In this document: piece by piece, positions 32,411 through 39,591 of the stretch
Numbering within the stretch: position 1 is the first letter of the stretch
Layout: every line of letters starts with the position of its first letter
NCBI RefSeq assembly: GCF_000009045.1
Contig: NC_000964.3
Span: 4,151,607-4,215,606 of the forward strand
DNA from: Bacillus subtilis subsp. subtilis str. 168
GTDB taxonomy: Bacteria > Bacillota > Bacilli > Bacillales > Bacillaceae
Direction of reading: 5' to 3'
Length of the DNA stretch: 64,000 bases
The notes under the pieces: model-generated
What the model saw: the letters and a program-made list of their open reading frames with translations, nothing else
What the model was told of the DNA's origin: nothing
Databases searched by the model: none
Position numbers and translations under genes: made by a program

Positions 32411-32857
32411 ATGAATATAAAAAGAATAACAACTGAAGCTGATTTACATGAAGCTTTAAAGATTAGAAGAGGCGTTTTCATTGAGGAGCAACATGTGTCT
32501 GAAGCCGATGAGTTCGATGAATTTGATACGCTTCAGGAACAATGCCAGCATATCTTGGTATATCATGAGAATCAGCCTGTCGGCACCGGACGCGCGCGCA
32601 TCGTTGGCCATACAGCAAAGCTGGAAAGAATCTGCATCCTAAAACCTTACCGTAAGTACGGATTGGGGAAGATCATCGTAAGCGGGTTAGAGGAAATCAT
32701 GAAAGAAAAAGGACTGACTTCATATAAGCTGCATGGTCAAACACAAGCGGCAGGCTTTTATCAAAAACTGGGCTACCAGATTTCTTCACAGGAATTTATG
32801 GAGGACGGCATCCCTCACGTCTTGATGACAAAAGAAATATCGCGGAATATAACATGA
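32411..32857 (+). CDS. yyaT: GNAT acetyltransferase, paralogue of yybD
   Basis: Colinear with YybD over its full length (DEFDEFDTL, KLERICILK, KLHGQTQAAGFY, DGIPHVLMTK). Confidence 0.9.
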   Translation: MNIKRITTEADLHEALKIRRGVFIEEQHVSEADEFDEFDTLQEQCQHILVYHENQPVGTGRARIVGHTAKLERICILKPYRKYGLGKIIVSGLEEIMKEKGLTSYKLHGQTQAAGFYQKLGYQISSQEFMEDGIPHVLMTKEISRNIT

Positions 32858-33459
32858 AATATATGTATTACGGAATAGGCATACTCATATTAAGTTTGGG
32901 CATTTCCTTAACCATACAATCAGGACTGGGCACATCACCCTTCGATGCCCTTTTGGTTGGTCTGTCAAAAAAAATCGGTCTTACCGTAGGAAGCTGGGAG
33001 GTCCTTATTTCTGTGATCCTCTTAATCTGCAACGCTATATTAACGAGAAAAAAACCTATTTTGCTGGGCTTGATTACAGCATTCATTACTGGAATAGGCA
33101 TTGACCTATGGTTGTTTGTTGTAAAAAACACCATCTATCTAAACTCGTTGTTAAGCAAACTGATTTGTTTTGGAATTGGTTTGGTGCTCATCGGTCTTGG
33201 AACAGCCATCTATCTTCAGACGAAATTCGCATCAACACCGATCGATCATTTAACACTTATTATCCGAGATCTCTCCAAAAGAACAATATTGTTTTCAAGG
33301 ACATTGGTATACGCTCTTTTCTTAGTATTAGCCATCATCTTTAAAGGCCCTATCGGCATCGGAACTCTTTTAACGGTTTGTTTGGGAGGAATGCTCCTTC
33401 ACGTTTTTATGCCTATTGTGGAAAGACATTTCTTATCAAAGAATAGAAGAGGTTATTAA
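32854..33459 (+). CDS. yyaS: YczE/YyaS/YitT-family membrane protein
   Basis: GLGTSPFDAL, GPIGIGTLL; overlaps the yyaT stop. Confidence 0.85.
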   Translation: MKYMYYGIGILILSLGISLTIQSGLGTSPFDALLVGLSKKIGLTVGSWEVLISVILLICNAILTRKKPILLGLITAFITGIGIDLWLFVVKNTIYLNSLLSKLICFGIGLVLIGLGTAIYLQTKFASTPIDHLTLIIRDLSKRTILFSRTLVYALFLVLAIIFKGPIGIGTLLTVCLGGMLLHVFMPIVERHFLSKNRRGY

Positions 33460-33553
33460 GAAACCTCTTCTCGATCCAAAAAACGAAACGCAAAACAAGC
33501 CCCGTTTCGTTGTCAATTCTTTATCTCTGGTACTGTTGAGGTTTTATAATCAA

Positions 33554-34075
33554 TTAAAATTTATAGTACCAAAAAATCGCAATTTCATTTGCTGTTGGAA
33601 AGTTGGAATAAAGCATCGTATCAACCGCACCTATTATAAAGTGATGTTTGGCATAAAAATGACAAGCTGAAATATTAATATCTTGGGTTTCAAGCATAAG
33701 ACCACAAAAATGATTCTCCTTTGCCCACTCAATCGCTTTATGTAATAATGCTGTTCCAACACCTTTTTTTCTATAGTCTTTTGCCACGGCAATGTCCTCT
33801 ATTAGTGCATACCCATTCCAGTTAGAACGGATCTTAATCCGGCCAATGCAGTTGTTTTCAAGATAATATAAAAAAGCCGCTTTCCCCTCTTCTTCAACAT
33901 AACTAACATCCATGTCATCATCTTCATATTGTTTAAAATAAGGTTTAGAAAATCGTTCCTCAGTATATGTCCAAACACCGTTTTCAAAAGCAGGTATCAT
34001 TCTCCCAAAAACAACGAAAGGTTCGTTTGGTTTATTGAAATCTTTCATATTCAAATGAGTCATTTTCATGATCAT
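33554..34075 (-). CDS. satA: Streptothricin acetyltransferase SatA (GNAT)
   Basis: 173 aa; IEDIAVAKDYRKKGVG, LMLETQDINISACHFYAK, SAT-family pattern. Confidence 0.85.
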   Translation of the reverse strand: MIMKMTHLNMKDFNKPNEPFVVFGRMIPAFENGVWTYTEERFSKPYFKQYEDDDMDVSYVEEEGKAAFLYYLENNCIGRIKIRSNWNGYALIEDIAVAKDYRKKGVGTALLHKAIEWAKENHFCGLMLETQDINISACHFYAKHHFIIGAVDTMLYSNFPTANEIAIFWYYKF

Positions 34076-34262
34076 ATCAATCTCCGCCAATCGAGATAAT
34101 ATTTAGTAAACTCGTTTCGATACTATTCAACAACAGCTTCCAAAAGTGTACTCTTTAAGAGAACAGCATTAGATAAGGCATCCATTACCTTATATATTTC
34201 ACTATCTTAATGAGGTATTTCAACAGAGGCTTGTGGTACAGTAAAAAGGAATAGAAACAAGA

Positions 34263-34375
34263 GAAAAGAAGATGAACCTATGCCCACTAACAATAAACTC
34301 AATGAGAAATATCATACTTCCTTCAACTCGCCCACAACCCTGTTGACTAGTATCCGTGGAGAGAGGAAGCTTTGA
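34263..34375 (+). pseudogene. yyaL 5'-end repeat, copy A (most degenerate)
   Basis: agaagatgaacctATGcccactaacaataaactcaat[~12-nt gap]gagaaat...cgcccacaaccctgttgactagt..ccgtggagagaggaagctttga aligns to 39578-39702. Confidence 0.85.
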
Positions 34376-34485
34376 CACAGCTTCTGCCATTGATGACATC
34401 TCTATTGAAGTATCCAAAGGACAACCAAGGATCGCTCTTTGACTTTTTCAAGAAGAAAGTAGAGTGAATAAAGGAGTGATTGAGT

Positions 34486-34842
34486 ATGTTAACAAGAGAA
34501 GATATCTTTAAACACGTCAAAGAAAAATACGGTACATCGCCTGATTACCCGTGGGAGAAATACCCAAACTATGCTTCTTTGAGACATACATCAAACAAAA
34601 AATGGTACGGTCTTATCATGAATGTTCTCCCAGAAAAATTAGGCTTGGATGGTCATGGCGAAATAGATATTCTAAATCTAAAATGTCCCCCTGAAATAAG
34701 TGATCGCTTAAGAAACGGGGAAAATATCTTACCCGGATATCATATGGATAAGGAACATTGGATTTCAATTGTTTTAGAACGGACAGATCCAGAAGGCGAA
34801 ATCTATAACTTAATCGAGCAGAGCTTTCATTTAACCAAGTGA
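34486..34842 (+). CDS. yyaQ: MmcQ/YjbR-family protein
   Basis: KKWYGLI, ILNLKCPP, ILPGYHMDKEHWIS. Confidence 0.88.
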   Translation: MLTREDIFKHVKEKYGTSPDYPWEKYPNYASLRHTSNKKWYGLIMNVLPEKLGLDGHGEIDILNLKCPPEISDRLRNGENILPGYHMDKEHWISIVLERTDPEGEIYNLIEQSFHLTK

Positions 34843-35001
34843 AGATAAAGAGTGTTCCTGCTAATCAAGCTGCGAAGAGTAGTGGGCACTTTCATTTTAG
34901 GATACTGTTCTTCACTCTGTCCACAAACGCAACTTAGTTCATCTGGTGCGAGAGTGGGAGAAGAATTTCAACCAACTTCTTATGTAAAAGGATGAATAGT
35001 T

Positions 35002-35568
35002 ATGACAAATAACTTAAAACAGAGAAGAATCATTTTAGATTTAGCAGTTACTTTAGATGGTTTTATTGAAGGGAAAAATGGAGAAGTTGATTGGTGTATT
35101 ATGGACCCTGATATGGGGTTTACTGATTTTTTAAATCAAATTGATACTATTTTATATGGTAGAAAAAGCTTCGATTTATGGGGACAATACATTCCAAAAA
35201 ATGAAGACCCTGATACAGAAAAGGAACTTTGGAAATTGGTTCATAGTAAAAAGAAATATGTTTTTTCCAGAACACAAAATGAGATTGATAATCAAGCCAT
35301 ATTTATAAATGATAATATTCTTGAAGAAGTAAATAAATTGAAGAAAAATCCTGGTAAAGACATCTGGCTATATGGTGGAGCGAGTCTCATTACAACTTTT
35401 ATAAATTTGGGGCTTGTTGATGAATTTAGATTATCTATTCACCCTGTTGTTTTGGGAGAAGGAAAACCGTTGTTTATTGATGTAAAACAGAGGATAAATT
35501 TAAAAATGGTGAATACAAGAACATTTTCCTCTGGCGTTGTGCAAATCGTTTATCATTGGAATGGCTAA
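35002..35568 (+). CDS. yyaP: Dihydrofolate reductase / RibD C-terminal family protein
   Basis: LAVTLDGFIEG, ILYGRKSF, DIWLYGGASL, HPVVLGEGKPLF. Confidence 0.9.
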   Translation: MTNNLKQRRIILDLAVTLDGFIEGKNGEVDWCIMDPDMGFTDFLNQIDTILYGRKSFDLWGQYIPKNEDPDTEKELWKLVHSKKKYVFSRTQNEIDNQAIFINDNILEEVNKLKKNPGKDIWLYGGASLITTFINLGLVDEFRLSIHPVVLGEGKPLFIDVKQRINLKMVNTRTFSSGVVQIVYHWNG

Positions 35569-35795
35569 CATTGTAAAGTAACACTCGACAGTAATCCTTC
35601 TTATTGAACTAAAGGGGAATCCATAAATAATGGGTTCCCCTTAATATACTATGGAATTATCAATATCAAATTTTCTGTAATAAAAGAGGATTGAAAAGGA
35701 CGATGTCTCCTCAATTAACATCATTAAGCATTATAGTATATTTTCTTCTCCCTCTTTTAAGTAATCGGCTAAGTTTTGTATTTATAAAAAAACGA

Positions 35796-35972
35796 AAGAA
35801 GGTGATCCAATGCCTACTAACAATAAACCCAATAGATTAATCGCTGAGAAATCTACTTATTTTACTTCAACATGCTCATAACCCTGTGGACTGGTTCCCT
35901 TGGGGAGAAGAAGCATATGAAAAAGCGAAACGCGAAAACAAGCCTGTTCTCGTATCTATTGGGTATAGCTAA
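35796..35972 (+). pseudogene. yyaL 5'-end repeat, copy B (+1 frameshift)
   Basis: aagaaggtgatcc ATG(35810) [52 protein letters not shown]. Confidence 0.93.
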
Positions 35973-36023
35973 CGATGGCTAATCTAAAGAACATGCTATT
36001 GATGCCATGTTTATTCATTTTAC

Positions 36024-36067
36024 AAAAAAGGATCAACCTTGAATTACTTTCACAAGATTGATCCTTT
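36024..36067 (-). terminator. Terminator after tet(L)
   Basis: aaaggatcaaccttg...caagattgatccttt stem. Confidence 0.75.
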
Positions 36068-36074
36068 CACTCAT

Positions 36075-37451
36075 TTAGCCATGTCTCCGCGAACGTTTAT
36101 ATACATTCAAGATTACTAGCCAACAAATAACAATGATTCCTGCAAAAAGTATGAGCATATTGCTATACAAATAGGTAGAGTGATCAACGTCAATAGGCAG
36201 CAGCCTATGATCTAGGAAGCCGATAGATAATAAACCGCCTACAATCGCAATACCCGTTCCCTCTGATAAAAAGCTCGTGAAATTAAGCAAACTCATTCCA
36301 GCGCCCGCTTCCTTTTCTTTCAAACTGCTAGACACAACTGTAGATATAACTGTTTTTGTGAAAGATAGCCCCCCAAAAACAAAAATTACTATAATTGTCA
36401 TGATCCATGGTGCTGCATCTATAAAAAAGGCAGCGATTAAAAAGCCGGAAGAAAGCAATGCACTTCCAATAGTTAGTACATACAAGGAACCTTTCCGATC
36501 AACAAGCAATCCCCCAATGTAACCAAAGATGATGACACTCATTGTTCCGGGGAAAATAATGCCGCTTCCAATTGCTGCAGTACTTAAATGGTGAACATCT
36601 TTCATCATGTAAGGAACCATAGAGACAAATCCTGCTACTGTACCAAATATTAGTCCTCCGCAAAGGGTTCCAATCACAAAAAAGACGTTTTTCCCTAATT
36701 CAGGGTCAACAAAAGGGTCCTGAGCTTTCCTAATGTGTTGCACAAATATGAAGAAAGCAAGGATACTGATGATCAGAAAAGAAAATCTATAAGATGTTGT
36801 AAACAGCATAAAAAATACGATACCTGCAGACATCAATATAATCCCTGCCATATCAATGTGTCCTCTTATTCTCTCTTCCTTTTTCAACAATTTTATAAGG
36901 AATGGAACGGTGATAATTGTTGCAGTTGGAATAAGCAGCAAATACGACCAATGGATATAATGAGCAACCATTCCGCCAATAGCTGGCCCAACACCTTCTC
37001 CCATTGCTACCAGGGACCCGATCAGGCCAAATGCTTTCCCCCTGTTCTCTTTTGGAATATAGCGCGCAACGACAACCATCACAAGAGCTGGGAATGCGGC
37101 TGCACCAATTCCTTGAATAAATCGGGCTAGAATGAGAATAGGAAAGAAAGAGTGTCCAACAAATCCAATGATCGACCCTAAGCCATTTACCATAATCCCA
37201 AATAGAAGCAGATTTTTGATGCCCAGCTGGTCTGATAGCTTTCCATATAGAGCTGTTCCAATGGAGAAGGTTAACATAAAGGCTGTATTCACCCAGTTTG
37301 CACTTGCTGGCAGTTTATTAAACTCGTTGGCAATATCAGGTAATGAGACGTTCAGAACCATTTCATTTAATACGCTGAAAAATGATAGAACACAAAGCCA
37401 AATCAAAACTTGATTGTGCCGTAAAGTTGACTGTGAATAAGACGTATTCAC
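36075..37451 (-). CDS. tetB: Tet(L) tetracycline-metal/H+ antiporter, 14-TMS MFS
   Basis: 458 aa; [35 protein letters not shown]; GTG start. Confidence 0.97.
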   Translation of the reverse strand: MNTSYSQSTLRHNQVLIWLCVLSFFSVLNEMVLNVSLPDIANEFNKLPASANWVNTAFMLTFSIGTALYGKLSDQLGIKNLLLFGIMVNGLGSIIGFVGHSFFPILILARFIQGIGAAAFPALVMVVVARYIPKENRGKAFGLIGSLVAMGEGVGPAIGGMVAHYIHWSYLLLIPTATIITVPFLIKLLKKEERIRGHIDMAGIILMSAGIVFFMLFTTSYRFSFLIISILAFFIFVQHIRKAQDPFVDPELGKNVFFVIGTLCGGLIFGTVAGFVSMVPYMMKDVHHLSTAAIGSGIIFPGTMSVIIFGYIGGLLVDRKGSLYVLTIGSALLSSGFLIAAFFIDAAPWIMTIIVIFVFGGLSFTKTVISTVVSSSLKEKEAGAGMSLLNFTSFLSEGTGIAIVGGLLSIGFLDHRLLPIDVDHSTYLYSNMLILFAGIIVICWLVILNVYKRSRRHG

Positions 37452-37484
37452 AATTTCCCCTCCATTAATGAGGGCAGACGCAGT

Positions 37485-37547
37485 TTATAGGGTCATTGAT
37501 ACGCTTCCCTCTTTTAATTGTACCCTGTTCATTTTATTGCACTTCAT
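37485..37547 (-). CDS. tetL: tet(L) leader peptide (translational attenuation), 20 aa
   Basis: MKCNKMNRVQLKEGSVSMTL* after a strong RBS, 33 nt upstream of the tetB start. Confidence 0.88.
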   Translation of the reverse strand: MKCNKMNRVQLKEGSVSMTL

Positions 37548-37785
37548 AATAACTCCCCCTACATTTGATTGATATGATCTTATTATATATAGACTAAGGA
37601 TTAAACTTTTACTTTTTTTATAAAAATTTGACCAGATTGCGAAACAAGGAAAAACGTTATTCGCATTTATCTCAAGTGGCAAAATGAAACATTAGTTTAT
37701 ATTTTCACATCACAATTATCGATAAGCAGTCAGTTATTGTATTTGTTTAGGATAACTGTGGTAACCTGAATATAACCAACTTAGG

Positions 37786-37977
37786 AAGAAGGTGATCCCA
37801 TGCCAAATAAAAGTAAACCCAATAGATTAATCGCTGAAAAGTCTCCTTATTTACTCCAACACGCCCACAACCCTGTGGACTGGTTCCCGTGGGGAGAAGA
37901 AGCATTTGCAAAAGCAAAACGCGAAAACAAGCCGGTTCTGGTCAGCATCGGTTATTCGACGACTTGTCATTGGTGGC
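37786..37977 (+). repeat. yyaL 5'-end repeat, copy C (near-identical)
   Basis: 9 substitutions plus a 3-nt gac duplication over ~172 coding nt by manual alignment; homology ends at cattggtg. Confidence 0.97.
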
Positions 37978-38039
37978 CTGGGATAATCAAATCGTGTGGA
38001 ACTCCATTAAAAGATAACAGAAGCCATTTTAAACGATAA
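37800..38039 (+). CDS. yyaO: Truncated yyaL paralogue, 79 aa (chimeric tail)
   Basis: First ~58 aa match YyaL, then an unrelated tail; has RBS and a downstream terminator. Confidence 0.7.
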
Positions 38040-38134
38040 TACTATTTGTTCAAACAATACAGTCTACCTTTTATTTCATTCATTTTCTAAAACCTGTAAT
38101 CCGTAACCACGCGGTAGCAGGTTTTTTTATTTGC

Positions 38135-38165
38135 TTGACTTAGAGTTAACTCTAAATTGTAAACT
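38135..38165 (+). promoter_or_regulatory. MerR-type promoter/operator of yyaN-yyaM
   Basis: TTGACT-19 nt-TAAACT with perfect dyad ttagagttaactctaa (38140-38155) in the spacer. Confidence 0.88.
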
Positions 38166-38189
38166 AACTTTAATTAAATGAGAGGGATG

Positions 38190-38606
38190 ATGTTGTTGTA
38201 TTCCATTAGTAAAGCTGCTGAGAAGACTAGTATTAGTTCGTATACATTAAGATATTACGAAAAGATTGGGTTACTTCCACCACCAAAACGAAAAAACAGT
38301 GGAAGGCGTTTTTATACGGAGACTGATATTCAGTTCATGTTATTCCTGAAAAGTTTAAAGGAAACAGGTATGTCTTTGGAGGATATTAATGAGTTTGTCA
38401 AAGACGGATGCATTTTGGAAAAAATCAATTCGGATGTTAAATCGGCACAACTCTCCCCATCTATAAATAAACGTATTGAGATTTTAACCAAGCACTTAGA
38501 GAAAATGGAAATTAAAAAAAGGGAGCTGGAAGAAGTGATTTCTACTACAAAAGGAAAACTGGATACATATTATTCAATTTTGAAAGAGGAAGTGGAAAAC
38601 AAATGA
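38190..38606 (+). CDS. yyaN: MerR-family regulator
   Basis: YSISKAAEKTSISSYTLRYYEKIGLL, RFYTETDI. Confidence 0.92.
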   Translation: MLLYSISKAAEKTSISSYTLRYYEKIGLLPPPKRKNSGRRFYTETDIQFMLFLKSLKETGMSLEDINEFVKDGCILEKINSDVKSAQLSPSINKRIEILTKHLEKMEIKKRELEEVISTTKGKLDTYYSILKEEVENK

Positions 38607-39520
38607 AACATTTAAATATATACATAATGTTACTTGGCTTCTCTATTTTCACGGGAGCTACTTTTAATCTTGCAAAATATACAGTTGGATATTTTTCTCC
38701 ATCGTCTTCTGCGGCATGGCGTTTCGGTTTAGCGGCTGCAGTGATGCTCATCATTTTGATTTTTACTGAAGGTATAAAGAAGAGTCAATTACGGAAAAAC
38801 GCCGTTTCATACATTGTTCTTGGAATTATAGGAATCTTTGGATTTAATGCCTTGTTTTTTGTTGGTTTAAAATATACATCTCCCGTTAACGGAGCATTAA
38901 TAATGGGGCTGAATCCTTTATTAACAGCAATTCTCGCTCGAATTATCTTAAAGGACAACATGACAAAAAAACAAGTACTCGGCATATTCTTTGCATTCAT
39001 CGGTGTATTGTTAGTCATTACACAAGGTTCTATCGAAACCATTAAAACCTTATCAATTTCAGGAGGAGACTTAATAATCTTTACAGGTAACGTTTGTTGG
39101 GCACTTTATGGCGTACTTGGACGTCGGTTTGTAAAGGATGGTACACCGCTATCTACAACCACTTATACGATGGTTATTGGTGCTGTTAGTTTAATAGTAG
39201 TTTCCTTATTTACATCCAAACCTGTTTCTTTATCGAACATCCCGATTGGAGTTTGGGGGGCAATTGCTTTTATGGCTTTTTTTACAAGTGTTTTGGGTTA
39301 CCTATGGTGGAATCAGGGGATTAAAGAGATTGGAGCTAGTAAAACATCTTTATTTTTCAACCTTGTTCCCGTTGTAACGATGATTATTTCATTTGCCGTT
39401 GGAACACCAATAAAGGTATTTCAAGTTATTGGGGCTGTGCTAGTTATATTAGGCGTTTTAACCGCTTCGGGGGTAATACGTATTCCTAAGTACAATACTA
39501 AAGAACAGTCAGCTATATAA
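38603..39520 (+). CDS. yyaM: EamA/DMT-family exporter
   Basis: 305 aa, 10 TM, two EamA repeats; ATGA overlap with yyaN. Confidence 0.9.
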   Translation: MKHLNIYIMLLGFSIFTGATFNLAKYTVGYFSPSSSAAWRFGLAAAVMLIILIFTEGIKKSQLRKNAVSYIVLGIIGIFGFNALFFVGLKYTSPVNGALIMGLNPLLTAILARIILKDNMTKKQVLGIFFAFIGVLLVITQGSIETIKTLSISGGDLIIFTGNVCWALYGVLGRRFVKDGTPLSTTTYTMVIGAVSLIVVSLFTSKPVSLSNIPIGVWGAIAFMAFFTSVLGYLWWNQGIKEIGASKTSLFFNLVPVVTMIISFAVGTPIKVFQVIGAVLVILGVLTASGVIRIPKYNTKEQSAI

Positions 39521-39591
39521 AGAAATAGGGAGTATTTTTGAGAAAATGTGTTAAGTTAAATATACACTAATTATAGGAAGAAGGTGATCCC

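Noticed and set aside
36540-36560. Noc-binding-site-like gttccggggaaaat (also near 32155 and 60520)
   Set aside because: Multiple mismatches to ATTTCCCGGGAAAT; not supportable without ChIP.
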